Shown in pieces: positions 23,214 to 32,987 of a stretch of DNA of 64,000 nt. The translations under genes were made by a program, and so were the position numbers. Source of the stretch: a virus; the IMG/VR virus record IMGVR_UViG_3300042290_000544. One strand, 5' to 3'. Every line of letters starts with the position of its first letter. The first letter of the stretch is position 1. The notes beneath the pieces were generated by a model. The model worked only from the letters and a program-made list of their open reading frames with translations. It did not search any database and had not been told where the DNA came from.

Positions 23214-23504
23214 TTATTTGCGAGCAAACCACATACCGATGACGGTTGCACCGATTGCCGACATTCCGATCCAGAAGAATCGGTTAATAAAGGATAGACC
23301 TGATGCCGTCTCGCTGGTGTTTCTTTCTACCTGGAGTAGGCGTTCCTCAAATTTGAGCATTTTCTCCATAAGGAACTTCTTGTCATTTTCGAGTTGAATC
23401 AGTTTTTCTTCGGCACGGGCCAATGAAATAATTGCCTCGGCAAGCTTGTCGATCTTCGACTCAATCCGATCAAGTCGTTGTTGGGTTTCTACTGTTTTAG
23501 TCAT
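23214..23504 (-). CDS. Coiled-coil protein with C-terminal membrane anchor
   Basis: Heptad pattern plus hydrophobic C-terminus. Confidence 0.65.
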   Translation of the reverse strand: MTKTVETQQRLDRIESKIDKLAEAIISLARAEEKLIQLENDKKFLMEKMLKFEERLLQVERNTSETASGLSFINRFFWIGMSAIGATVIGMWFARK

Positions 23505-24895
23505 TATGATTTATTGGCAACGTTATATTTGACTTTTCTGAAGATGCTTTCATCTGAACTAATGGCTCCAATAAGGTTCTGGAGCAATTCAAAGAGAACG
23601 TCTTTTTCAGCAGTTGTTGTAACCGGAATTTTGTTATCCAGTTTCTTAATCGCACGTGTAACAGTATTTAGTTTAAGGCGGTCAAGGAGACCAAGACGGA
23701 CAAGCATCTGCATATGGGCAAGTTCCTTTGCATCGTTATTAGAAGCAACATCCTCATTTACCTGCTCGGTGGCATATTCCTTCTCTGCTTCCGGTTGGTC
23801 GTCGTAGAGGTCCTGAGTGTACTCAACATATGAATGAACGTCATCCATTTGATCACGCGCACTTGTAATTTTTGCTTGGATCCAGGCTTCCAGTTCATCC
23901 TCATCATCCATTGAATCGGCAAGGTCCTTGGCCATATCGGCAATCTTAAGGAGCTGTCCCTTGGCCATAATGATTTCCTCTTGATCGTCGTCATGCTCGG
24001 CTTCCTCATTTACTGAACCTTCGCCAGCCTTCAGCTTGCTTACCATATCTAAATGGAATTTCTGAGCAGCAGTATCACCACGTTTACCGGCATTCACTGC
24101 CATCTGTGAATGTTTTGTGATTTTAAGGTTTAGTTTCTCATCGGCTGCTTCGGCTGCCATTTCCACGGCTTCCTTGAGCCCCTGTTTCACAAGGCGATGT
24201 GCCATAAACTTGTGAAGTGTTGACGAACGATTATGGCTTTTTGCCATAGCCTCAAGTGGCTTCAATTCGCTTGCTTCACCACCCGATTTAATATGGGCCG
24301 CAATCTTCTTTTCATACGCCGATGCAGCTTTTGCGTGTGCATCGGAAGCGCGGACGTGCGTTGAGATTGACGGGTTCAGTTTGGCTTTCTGAGAGAACTT
24401 AGCAGCCTTGACTCCGTGTGCCGATTCATCAAGACTTTCCTCGGTGCCTTCTTTAACACCTTCTTTTGGTACGCAGTTTGGAACCTTTCTGCCATTCTTC
24501 ATCTTCATTCCGATTGCTTCATAACCCTTCCAGCACGCATTTTCAAGGTCCTCTTCCATACGAGTGACGGGCTTCTTTGCATTTTCTGCATCCCGGTTTT
24601 TGGCAACTTCAAACTTAGCATCCATGTGTTTATGGAACGCATCATTGTCACCGGCAGCCTTTGCTGCTTGAGCTGCTGCGTGATGCTTGGCCATATCTTC
24701 GGCTGAACCTTCTTTTACAAGATTCTTGTAGAGCCCACCCGGACCAGCTAAACTCTTTTTCTTGGCTGGCTTCTTCCATTTAGAATCAAATTCTGATTTG
24801 GACATTGCACCTGCATTGACGCGTGCCATGTCTGAGCTCTTTTTCTTTGAGGCTTCTTCTAAGTTAGATTCGCGGATTTGTTTGATGCTTTTCAT
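23504..24895 (-). CDS. Modular putative internal virion protein
   Basis: MKSIKQIRE start; CWKGY...GRKVPNCVP motif; LEAWIQAKIT motif; many xxE sites. Confidence 0.7.
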   Translation of the reverse strand: MKSIKQIRESNLEEASKKKSSDMARVNAGAMSKSEFDSKWKKPAKKKSLAGPGGLYKNLVKEGSAEDMAKHHAAAQAAKAAGDNDAFHKHMDAKFEVAKNRDAENAKKPVTRMEEDLENACWKGYEAIGMKMKNGRKVPNCVPKEGVKEGTEESLDESAHGVKAAKFSQKAKLNPSISTHVRASDAHAKAASAYEKKIAAHIKSGGEASELKPLEAMAKSHNRSSTLHKFMAHRLVKQGLKEAVEMAAEAADEKLNLKITKHSQMAVNAGKRGDTAAQKFHLDMVSKLKAGEGSVNEEAEHDDDQEEIIMAKGQLLKIADMAKDLADSMDDEDELEAWIQAKITSARDQMDDVHSYVEYTQDLYDDQPEAEKEYATEQVNEDVASNNDAKELAHMQMLVRLGLLDRLKLNTVTRAIKKLDNKIPVTTTAEKDVLFELLQNLIGAISSDESIFRKVKYNVANKS

Positions 24896-25797
24896 GATTG
24901 TTTACGGAATTTGCTTAATGGAATACCTTGACTCGATGGTATTCTAATTTTTGGTTGATAGATTGGAAATGCTTTTTCTTCTAATTTCTGGTCTTCCTGA
25001 ATGATGACCTTTTTCTCGACAAGCTCCACGGCATTCAGCCATTTACGGACCTTCTTGCCATCCGTGAGTTCGACAATAAGATAATTGGATCCACAGTGAG
25101 TAATCTTGCCAACCTCTTCGGATTCCTTAATGACAACATCGTCGCCAATTTCAAAGAGTTCTCCAGACACATATGCTTCTCTACGGTCGCCAACGGATTC
25201 CAGCTGGATGTGTTTACGGAAGTTGCGTGATTCCTTGAGGCCAAGCCCATTACGGACGGCATTAAAATAATCTTCGCATTCCGCAAAGTCGGCTGGAAGC
25301 CCCTTTGAAAAGGTCTCAAGGTCATTTGCAATCGCAGCAGCACGTAATTTTGATTCCGAAAGGATATTGTTGCATTCTGTTGCCGCAACAACCTTGACGC
25401 CACCTTTAAAGGTAAATGCAAAACCATTATAGCTATCGAGGAGTGCTTGGTACTCAACCACTCTGTCGGCAGGAGCAACCATGGTGGCACCAGTAAATCC
25501 TTGTTCAAACAGTTTTGTGCAGATGGCAAGAGGACCATCAACATCATCGCTCATAATGTTCCGAGCATATTTCGGAGACATTTTGCGCATCCACTTCACC
25601 TTTTCTTCAAGCTTGAGCGGATTGTTCTTTTGGTCATCGACATGAGAAGTATAGATGCGATATGTTTTACCGTTCGCAATCTTTGCTACATTCTCAATGA
25701 GGTCTTCACTCTCGATCGTGGGCGGATTAAATTTGCCAAAGGTAAAAACAACTTCCTTTGTCACCGACTCACTTACAAATTGTATAAAGGACTTCAT
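24892..25797 (-). CDS. Cytidylyltransferase-like protein with degenerate HxGH motif
   Basis: FTFGKFNPPTIESE, KNNPL, SESKLR; C-terminal SH3-like domain. Confidence 0.75.
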   Translation of the reverse strand: MKSFIQFVSESVTKEVVFTFGKFNPPTIESEDLIENVAKIANGKTYRIYTSHVDDQKNNPLKLEEKVKWMRKMSPKYARNIMSDDVDGPLAICTKLFEQGFTGATMVAPADRVVEYQALLDSYNGFAFTFKGGVKVVAATECNNILSESKLRAAAIANDLETFSKGLPADFAECEDYFNAVRNGLGLKESRNFRKHIQLESVGDRREAYVSGELFEIGDDVVIKESEEVGKITHCGSNYLIVELTDGKKVRKWLNAVELVEKKVIIQEDQKLEEKAFPIYQPKIRIPSSQGIPLSKFRKQS

Positions 25798-25799
25798 TA

Positions 25800-26252
25800 T
25801 TACTTAGAAGGCTTCTTTTTCAGACGGTTCCGCTTTTTTTCACGATCCTTATCCGCTAAACCGTGGAGAGTTTTAATAATCGCTAGCTCGCGGCTTCTTC
25901 CAACACTTACGTTATCCGTTTCTTCTTCGAGACCAAAGTGTTTTGCAACATGTCTATCGCCGTGGCGGTAGCGAAGAATATCACCGATCATTGCTCTTTT
26001 ACCACCAACCTCAGCTGGAGTGTATTTTGAATGAACCCTACCTAGTGTTCCCTGATGAATCTTATGGACTTCATCGGTGGATTTGCTCTTTAGGTTCTCG
26101 TGATCTTTCTTGATGTCGGCCTGTCTACGGGTATCAAGAGCATCATTCTCTTCATCCATAGGACGGCGCTTACGCTTCATTGCGTTAAGGTCCTGCTGTT
26201 CTGATTCGCCGCCGGTATACTGTACTGGAGTAAAGTCTTTAAAGCTTAACAT
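25800..26252 (-). CDS. Hypothetical protein, MLSFKDF start
   Basis: Capsid-targeting-like start; TATAAATA ~65 nt upstream. Confidence 0.65.
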   Translation of the reverse strand: MLSFKDFTPVQYTGGESEQQDLNAMKRKRRPMDEENDALDTRRQADIKKDHENLKSKSTDEVHKIHQGTLGRVHSKYTPAEVGGKRAMIGDILRYRHGDRHVAKHFGLEEETDNVSVGRSRELAIIKTLHGLADKDREKKRNRLKKKPSK

Positions 26253-26357
26253 GATAGTTTCGAGTTTCCCATAGGTAACAATGGAATTACTGTTACCCGT
26301 TTATGTAGAATACTATTTATACATTGTCAATGCTTTCGGTTTTATAAATATACCTGC

Positions 26358-26663
26358 ATGAAATACACTACACTTCTTATCCTTGCAGTTATTACTGCTC
26401 TCCTCACCGGTTGCGGAACTGTTGATTCGGCGTACCAATCCACAAAGGGTATTGGTTCTGCTGCTATCGGCGGCGTAGGCAATATCGTCGGCAATGGCGC
26501 GTCGGATGCTTCCAAGACTCTTGGAGTCGCTTCTGAAGCCACCGGCAAAGTTGTTTCTGGCGCGGGTAGAGTTGTTGGCGGCGGTCTCGATCTTATTGGC
26601 GGCGTCGTAAAAGGCACCTCCGACATTATTGCTCCTTCGACACCAGCTCCAAAACAGTACTAA
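26358..26663 (+). CDS. Gly-rich lipoprotein
   Basis: Lipobox LLTGC; GxxxG-like repeats; TATAAATA at 26343-26350. Confidence 0.8.
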   Translation: MKYTTLLILAVITALLTGCGTVDSAYQSTKGIGSAAIGGVGNIVGNGASDASKTLGVASEATGKVVSGAGRVVGGGLDLIGGVVKGTSDIIAPSTPAPKQY

Positions 26664-26711
26664 TCGTTTAGGTAAATCTTAACAACATTGACCCCGGGAG
26701 CAATCTCGGGG

Positions 26712-27419
26712 TTATTTGTTTTCGTAAAAGCCGCGGTACAATTCGGTTTCTTCGGCTCCGATATTCTTTCTGAGGAATTCAAGTGCTGGGTCTCGGGTAC
26801 CGTCGATACGATTGTGTCCGTTACCGTAACCACCACTGACTCCATACATACCTTTGATTCCGATAAGAGTTCTCTCGAAATCTTTGGGTTCATGGATCTT
26901 TTTACTTGCCTTCTTTATGTTCCAGAGGCGAACATCAACAAATGGGCACGTATCTTTTAAGATATTGGGCATCTCGTGGAATAGATTGCGATTAAACGAG
27001 CTCTGACAGAGACTGCAATGGGTCATATTGCTATGGATCGACCACGTTCTTTTAAGCACATTGTAATAAAGAGCGCGACCCTCTCCGACTAGATCGTAGG
27101 TGCCCGAATTAAACCAGCCTATTGTTTTTTCAAGATAGTCCTTGGAATACCAGTCATCGTCCTCGATAATGACCACGGCATCTCCCGTAATCATTTCCTG
27201 ATGCTCAAATAGATTCCTTAACTTTAACACCAAACTCTGTTTTCCCTTGGTCTCGGGCGTATGGATATGCTGCTGACCGAGTGTGCAATTGACGGGCATT
27301 GTGCTATCGTCCAAGACAATCCATTGATGGTAAGGCACCGTCTGTCGAGCCATAAATCTTTCACAGAGTTTAAATGCTTCTTGACGGTTGCATGTGGGAG
27401 TCACGAGAGTAAGTTTCAT
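26712..27419 (-). CDS. Glycosyltransferase (GT-A fold, family 2-like)
   Basis: LVTPT..R, WIVLDD, IIEDDDWY. Confidence 0.8.
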   Translation of the reverse strand: MKLTLVTPTCNRQEAFKLCERFMARQTVPYHQWIVLDDSTMPVNCTLGQQHIHTPETKGKQSLVLKLRNLFEHQEMITGDAVVIIEDDDWYSKDYLEKTIGWFNSGTYDLVGEGRALYYNVLKRTWSIHSNMTHCSLCQSSFNRNLFHEMPNILKDTCPFVDVRLWNIKKASKKIHEPKDFERTLIGIKGMYGVSGGYGNGHNRIDGTRDPALEFLRKNIGAEETELYRGFYENK

Positions 27420-27449
27420 AAATGGTTATTTATTATAAATAGAACATCC

Positions 27450-28673
27450 ATGTTTGAACTACTTTCACTCCAATCTGTTGCCGATACGTACATCGATATG
27501 TTGTCGGAAGCAACGAATCCCAATCAGCTGACTCATATTCATCATCCGGAAGACCGACCGTTAATGCACGGCTCACAGGGATTTGAACATGCACACGCGG
27601 CTCTCATGCATGCGCACGAGCATATGAAGGCGAAGAAACATAGTTCCGACCTTACCATGAAGTATGACGGTTCTCCGTCATTGGTCTTCGGACATCATCC
27701 AGTCACCAAGAAATTCTTTGTTGCGACCAAGTCGGCTTTCAATAAGAATCCAAAATTAAACTATTCTGATTCCGACATTGAAAAGCATCATGGTCATGCT
27801 CCGGGCTTGGTCGGTAAGTTGAAACATGCTCTGAAGCATCTTCCAAAGGTTGCTCCAAAACAAGGCGTCTATCAAGGCGACCTCATGCACACCCGTGAAG
27901 ATCATAAACTGCATGAAGCAGTCTCATTCACTCCCAACACTATTACCTACACGGCACGCGGAGATGAAGAAAAAAAGGTAAAGAAATCTCATGTCGGTAT
28001 CGTAGTGCACCAACAGTATCATCCGCATCCGAATAAGCCGGGCGTCGAGCATATGTCGGTGAGCCCGCATCCCGACACCCACAATTTTAAACAGCATCCC
28101 GACGTTCATCTCAAGACTGCCGAACACGATACAAGTAAAGTTGAATACGGTAAATCGGATCAAAGTGCGTTCCATAAACATATGGGAGCAGCCAAGGCAA
28201 TTCACGACAAGCACGGCGCCTCAATGTACAAAGCAACCGCGCGGCACCAGGGCGAGGCAGGACATCTTTCAACGTACATTAATCAGACCGTCCGTACCGG
28301 CGAGACGCCAAATGCACAGGGCTTCCAAAAGCATCTTATGGGTCATCATGCCAAACTGGCATCAAAGGTAAAGACTCCGGCTGCAGTTGCAAGACACCAC
28401 GCAACCGGCGCCGAACATGTCTCCCACGTGTCGAAACACGCTGGACACTACAATAATCTTCTTTCAATGCACAGTCATCTGGCTGCCGCAAAGAATACCC
28501 TTGTAAAGAACCTTGAGACCCATGAAGGCGGTCTGGAGCATCATATCGATGGTGCCAAGTCGAAGCCCGAAGGTTTTGTCGTGAATCACAAATTCAAGGG
28601 TAAGACTCATCCGACCAAACTGGTGAATCGTGCCGAATTTGCAAAAGCAAACTTTGCCAAAGTAAGAGGATGA
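27450..28673 (+). CDS. His-rich ATP-dependent ligase-like nucleotidyltransferase
   Basis: Motifs KYDG (I), QGDL (III), EGFVV (IV), KLVNR (V); TATAAATA at 27434-27441. Confidence 0.7.
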   Translation: MFELLSLQSVADTYIDMLSEATNPNQLTHIHHPEDRPLMHGSQGFEHAHAALMHAHEHMKAKKHSSDLTMKYDGSPSLVFGHHPVTKKFFVATKSAFNKNPKLNYSDSDIEKHHGHAPGLVGKLKHALKHLPKVAPKQGVYQGDLMHTREDHKLHEAVSFTPNTITYTARGDEEKKVKKSHVGIVVHQQYHPHPNKPGVEHMSVSPHPDTHNFKQHPDVHLKTAEHDTSKVEYGKSDQSAFHKHMGAAKAIHDKHGASMYKATARHQGEAGHLSTYINQTVRTGETPNAQGFQKHLMGHHAKLASKVKTPAAVARHHATGAEHVSHVSKHAGHYNNLLSMHSHLAAAKNTLVKNLETHEGGLEHHIDGAKSKPEGFVVNHKFKGKTHPTKLVNRAEFAKANFAKVRG

Positions 28674-29293
28674 AATCATTCCTTGAGTTTTTAGCCGAAG
28701 CAGGTGAACACGGAACACTTCATTCATTTGATGTGGACGAAACTCTATTCAAGACAAATGCAAAGGTGCACGTGATGCACGGAAATAAGCACGTTACATC
28801 CCTAAGCAATTCGGAATACAATACTCATAAATTGTCTCCTGGTCACCACTACGATTATAGCGAATTTCAAGATTCTAAAAAGTTTCATGATGAATCGCAT
28901 CCCATCCATAAGATGTTGGCCAAGGTAAAGGCGATTCATAATAACATTAGGAACTCTCCGCAGCATAAGATCATTATCAATACCGCCAGAGGCGATATGA
29001 ATGATAAGGAAAAGTACCTTGCTAAATTTAAAAAGCACGGTCTACCGATTCATGATATTCACGTAAACCGAGCAGGTAATGACAAGACTCCAGGTAGCGT
29101 TGCAGAAAGGAAAGCACGTGTAATCGACCATCATATCGCTCAACATAAATTTAAGAGTGTGCATGTGTACGACGACGACACTAAGAATTTAGATCACTCT
29201 TTAGCTTTGGGTAAAAAGCATCCTAATACAAAAATTCACGCATGGCACGTGCAGCACAACGGAAGTATTAAGGCGTATCACGGAGCACAATAA
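28670..29293 (+). CDS. HAD-superfamily phosphatase
   Basis: FDVDETL, NTARG, K, YDDD..NL; MKSFLEFLAE start. Confidence 0.8.
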   Translation: MKSFLEFLAEAGEHGTLHSFDVDETLFKTNAKVHVMHGNKHVTSLSNSEYNTHKLSPGHHYDYSEFQDSKKFHDESHPIHKMLAKVKAIHNNIRNSPQHKIIINTARGDMNDKEKYLAKFKKHGLPIHDIHVNRAGNDKTPGSVAERKARVIDHHIAQHKFKSVHVYDDDTKNLDHSLALGKKHPNTKIHAWHVQHNGSIKAYHGAQ

Positions 29294-29295
29294 TT

Positions 29296-29916
29296 ATGCT
29301 ATCATTCAAACAATTTGTCACTGAAGCCGCAGCAGCCGATTCGCACCATGTATTGGCATTCGGTCGTATGAATCCTATTACCAACGGACACGAGACTGTG
29401 GTGAATAAGGTCCACGAAATTGCAAAGAAGCATAATGCCGGACACACCGTTGTGGTGTCTCACTCGCAGGACGCAAAGAAGAATCCGCTCACAGGCGCAC
29501 AGAAAGTAAAGCACGCCAAGCACGCTTTCCCGGGTACTAATGTTGTTGCTTCCAGTAAGGAAAGCCCAACGATTCTGCATCACGCGGCTCATCTATCCGA
29601 CAAAGGTGTAAAGCATCTACACGTGATTGTCGGTTCCGACCGCGCCAAGGAGATGCACGGTTTACTCCACAAGTACAATGGAAAGCCATCGGCTGGTGGA
29701 CACAAGGGTTACAATTTTAAATCCATTACTGTACATTCTGCCGGACAACGTGATCCGGATGCAGAAGGTGTGAGTGGTATTTCAGCAAGCAAGATGCGCG
29801 CTCATGCTGCCGAGGGTAACAAGAAAGCCTTCCATGCAGGAGCACCCTCAAAAATGTCGGCTGATCATAAGGACGCCATGTACCACGATGTCCGTAAGGG
29901 AATGGGTATTGGTTAA
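29296..29916 (+). CDS. Cytidylyltransferase/NMNAT-like nucleotidyltransferase
   Basis: FGRMNPITNGH, VGSDR, RDPDAEG...SASKMR; MLSFKQFVTE start. Confidence 0.85.
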   Translation: MLSFKQFVTEAAAADSHHVLAFGRMNPITNGHETVVNKVHEIAKKHNAGHTVVVSHSQDAKKNPLTGAQKVKHAKHAFPGTNVVASSKESPTILHHAAHLSDKGVKHLHVIVGSDRAKEMHGLLHKYNGKPSAGGHKGYNFKSITVHSAGQRDPDAEGVSGISASKMRAHAAEGNKKAFHAGAPSKMSADHKDAMYHDVRKGMGIG

Positions 29917-30821
29917 AGCTGAGTTTTAAATGTTCTGCCGCCAGAGGGGTAAATCGAAACTCTGGCTCCTTTAATATCAAATTGGCTTCTATCGCCTTTA
30001 TAAATCATTGCAAGTACAGGATCAAATCCGCCAGACGGTATATCGCCATGATAATGAACATGTCCGGTTGCAGTTAATCTAAAAACACCATTGGATAATT
30101 GTTCAAGACCCGGGTCGCCTTGTAATAAAACATCTACTTTATTTTCATTAATACCGCCCGTATCATAATTGACGCCGAATACCGACATCATTTTTAGATT
30201 TTTATCTTTTATCGGCATATACGCGGATTCACCGTTAGGCATTTGTTCACCGTATAATGCCTTGCATTTTACAGCAAATTGTTTAACCTCTGGATGAGCA
30301 GCAATTCTGTCTTCCGTAACTCCGCCCCATTGTTGAAAGTCTCTTGGGGTCGAACCTTTTTTATGTGAAATATGCACAAGAGGTCTACCATTTGAGTCAG
30401 CTAAATGGAAATCACTTTTTGGTGTTCCATTTGTTTTAGCGACCTTACAGACTCCTTTAACAATTCTGTTTTTTAATTTAACAGTGATTGGACCGCCATT
30501 CGCCGTAACGGCGTTCAATACAGCAGTGGTTAATTTATTAATTGCATCCAGTTCGACATCAAGCCCGCCTGTTCTACCGTCGGCTTTAACGTAGATTTTT
30601 ACATCTCCGACTATCACACCACCAATCGATGAGCCACTTAGATTTTTATTTACTTTTGCTCCTAAATTAGAAAGTGTCGTTGCAATATCTTCTAATTTTG
30701 CAATTCTATCACCGTTTACCATTACGGTTATTTTTGTACTGGTTACGTCCTTAACTTTAAATTTTTTCTTTTTAAGGATTTCAGCTATATCTTTTCCGGT
30801 AATTTTTAGGTCTTTAGCCAT
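29913..30821 (-). CDS. Putative PD-(D/E)XK nuclease-like protein
   Basis: E...TPKSDF...ISHKK; TATAAATA upstream. Confidence 0.5.
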   Translation of the reverse strand: MAKDLKITGKDIAEILKKKKFKVKDVTSTKITVMVNGDRIAKLEDIATTLSNLGAKVNKNLSGSSIGGVIVGDVKIYVKADGRTGGLDVELDAINKLTTAVLNAVTANGGPITVKLKNRIVKGVCKVAKTNGTPKSDFHLADSNGRPLVHISHKKGSTPRDFQQWGGVTEDRIAAHPEVKQFAVKCKALYGEQMPNGESAYMPIKDKNLKMMSVFGVNYDTGGINENKVDVLLQGDPGLEQLSNGVFRLTATGHVHYHGDIPSGGFDPVLAMIYKGDRSQFDIKGARVSIYPSGGRTFKTQL

Positions 30822-30839
30822 AGTACCTATATTTATAGG

Positions 30840-31319
30840 TCAATAGTCTGGGTCCTTAGAGTACCACGGTTTCTTGTTGTACCGCTTGTCGGTCACAAAC
30901 ATTTCGTAGAGACCCACCTCGCGCCCATACGCATCAATTTCCCACGGTAGTTCCCAATAACTACCGACATTGACGTGGTATTCTTTTCCCTTCCACTTAA
31001 CGATAAAGCAATTGTCGGTATCGCACATTTCTCGTTTCACAAACTGTTTGACGTGGACGCACTCGTGAGCCAGTGCCCGTAGGACGCCGTGCATTTTCAT
31101 GCTGGAATCAATTGTGATATTGAATTCTCGCGGCTTATCCCTGTCATCCTCCCAGATACAATCTGCTTTCAGCCCATCCTTCTTAAAGAGACCCTTACGC
31201 AGTTTGATCAGTAGCATGACTGAGTACGCTGGGATGAGGTCCTTGAGGTAATTGTTGGCGGCTTCTTTGACCAGCTTCTTTTGTAGCTTGGTACCGCCGG
31301 AGACGATGATTTCATTCAT
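30840..31319 (-). CDS. Zinc metallopeptidase-like protein
   Basis: LAHECVHVKQ...Y...PWEIDA. Confidence 0.75.
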   Translation of the reverse strand: MNEIIVSGGTKLQKKLVKEAANNYLKDLIPAYSVMLLIKLRKGLFKKDGLKADCIWEDDRDKPREFNITIDSSMKMHGVLRALAHECVHVKQFVKREMCDTDNCFIVKWKGKEYHVNVGSYWELPWEIDAYGREVGLYEMFVTDKRYNKKPWYSKDPDY

Positions 31320-31834
31320 GGTAATGGTTTCCAGTTGATGGGAGACTTGGAATTGACGCGGAATACGGCATACGTTCGACTAAAGAATTCCTTGGCGGTA
31401 ATGCGTTCGGTGTGATAGACCCCTTGGTCCACTGTATGGAATATGATGTAGTCCTCCTCCGAGGTGACTATGACGATGGCGGCATGAACCATATCCCTAT
31501 TCACATTTCCGGGTACTCTTGCAGCAAGCTCGTCGGGTATTAGACCGATCCAGAAATAAGGCATACCGAAGTCCACATTGCAGTCAATGACATCGAGCCC
31601 CTTTGAGACCACATAGATGCACTGGAGTTTGGCAGTTGGCATCCGTTTGTTCCATGCTTCTATCGAAGCAAAGAATGTGGGAGCCGTTCGCCTATCCGGA
31701 ACTAATTTCTGCACCCATTCCTTATAGGATACCGGTGCATCCATAAGGCCCGAAAGAGTCTGATAGGTGAGCGGTACACAGTCGTTGGCCCGTAGCGAAC
31801 CAATAAGGAGTAGGATGCAGAGGGGGAGTCTCAT
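31316..31834 (-). CDS. Secreted protein, possible papain-like Cys/His peptidase
   Basis: Signal peptide, NDC near the mature N-terminus, HAAIV. Confidence 0.45.
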   Translation of the reverse strand: MRLPLCILLLIGSLRANDCVPLTYQTLSGLMDAPVSYKEWVQKLVPDRRTAPTFFASIEAWNKRMPTAKLQCIYVVSKGLDVIDCNVDFGMPYFWIGLIPDELAARVPGNVNRDMVHAAIVIVTSEEDYIIFHTVDQGVYHTERITAKEFFSRTYAVFRVNSKSPINWKPLP

Positions 31835-32097
31835 ATTCCGTGTTCTTTACGCCAAAGGCCAAACAGACTTTGCGAGTCGAGCGGACTACAACCAATTCGA
31901 TCGGGCATGCAAAGATCGATCCAGATACGAATATCCTCGGGAGTCATCTTCTCGTATGGTGAAAAGTCACAAAAGACGGTAGTACCGTTTTCATGAACGA
32001 AATCGTGCCAGAGTTTAGTGCAGTCACCATCGTCATGGCAGATCCATGGTTGGTACGACCAGCCCACGTGGCTATAAGTTTCAGTTGCGGTAATCAT
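31831..32097 (-). CDS. Hypothetical protein
   Basis: ORF track, start trimmed. Confidence 0.6.
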   Translation of the reverse strand: MITATETYSHVGWSYQPWICHDDGDCTKLWHDFVHENGTTVFCDFSPYEKMTPEDIRIWIDLCMPDRIGCSPLDSQSLFGLWRKEHGI

Positions 32098-32098
32098 T

Positions 32099-32419
32099 TT
32101 AGTACCGTCCTTCGTTTGTGTAATTTGCTCCGAAAAGGCGAGTGCCAACTTCGGGTGGCATCCAGACGCTCAATTGATTAAACGAAAGACTACCCTTATA
32201 GTCCCAGATAGCGCACGGCATATCACGAGGACCCGCCATTGGAATGTCGCAAGGAACTGTCGCTTTAAACCGCCATTCGACCGTCACCTTACCGTCTCCA
32301 GCATCGAGCGACTCGGTAGCGGAAAATCCGAGTATTTTGTTCACTTCGTCGATCGAGACGTTAGTGAGAGTACCCGTGCGATGGGAAGGATAGAATTCAT
32401 GTGTTTGTTTAATTTTCAT
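32099..32419 (-). CDS. Hypothetical protein (DGKVTVEW...IWDYK)
   Basis: Motif typical of small phage early proteins. Confidence 0.65.
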   Translation of the reverse strand: MKIKQTHEFYPSHRTGTLTNVSIDEVNKILGFSATESLDAGDGKVTVEWRFKATVPCDIPMAGPRDMPCAIWDYKGSLSFNQLSVWMPPEVGTRLFGANYTNEGRY

Positions 32420-32428
32420 ATATGATGT

Positions 32429-32695
32429 TTATAATTCTACCGCAATAAGATTATCCAATGTTTTGTAGTTGCTATAATCTTTTTCATAATCGCTTTCTTC
32501 ATCGTTCCAGATAAAAGTGAGTAGAACATATTCGGACAATCCTTCGTCAAAGTAAATGTGCATTTGACGACCCTTATCATTATACCATTCTTTATCCTCA
32601 CCGACCCAATGAAATCCAAGGCGTCTCAATTTTTCTTGTTGTTCTGGAGTATAGCGATTTAGATAAGACGTTTCTTCGAATTGTTTCTGGTCCAT
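32429..32695 (-). CDS. Hypothetical protein
   Basis: ORF track, start trimmed. Confidence 0.6.
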   Translation of the reverse strand: MDQKQFEETSYLNRYTPEQQEKLRRLGFHWVGEDKEWYNDKGRQMHIYFDEGLSEYVLLTFIWNDEESDYEKDYSNYKTLDNLIAVEL

Positions 32696-32699
32696 AATC

Positions 32700-32903
32700 T
32701 TATTCCTCGTTGCTGTTGATAAAGTTGTCGACATTGTACTTTGTCATCTCTGAGAGGACCGAATCGCGTTCACGATCACCGACCTGGATAACTCCAAGGG
32801 CGAGAGCCTCATGCTTAGCCTTGAGGGATTTGCGGAGCTTAGCGATAACCGCAGCTTTGTTGACTTGGAATTTTCCGTTTGGAAGTTTCTTGGTTAATTT
32901 CAT
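32700..32903 (-). CDS. Hypothetical protein
   Basis: Behind a promoter cassette at 32912-32970. Confidence 0.6.
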   Translation of the reverse strand: MKLTKKLPNGKFQVNKAAVIAKLRKSLKAKHEALALGVIQVGDRERDSVLSEMTKYNVDNFINSNEE

Positions 32904-32987
32904 AAGATAATAGTACTAAATCCTGGGTAAAAGTAAATCAAAACGATTTGCCTAAGTGATTGATGATCAATAGGGGTTAAAAATACT

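Noticed and set aside
27261-27449. N-terminal extension of the ligase-like ORF
   Set aside because: Overlaps the opposite-strand glycosyltransferase; the late promoter at 27434 supports a start at 27450.
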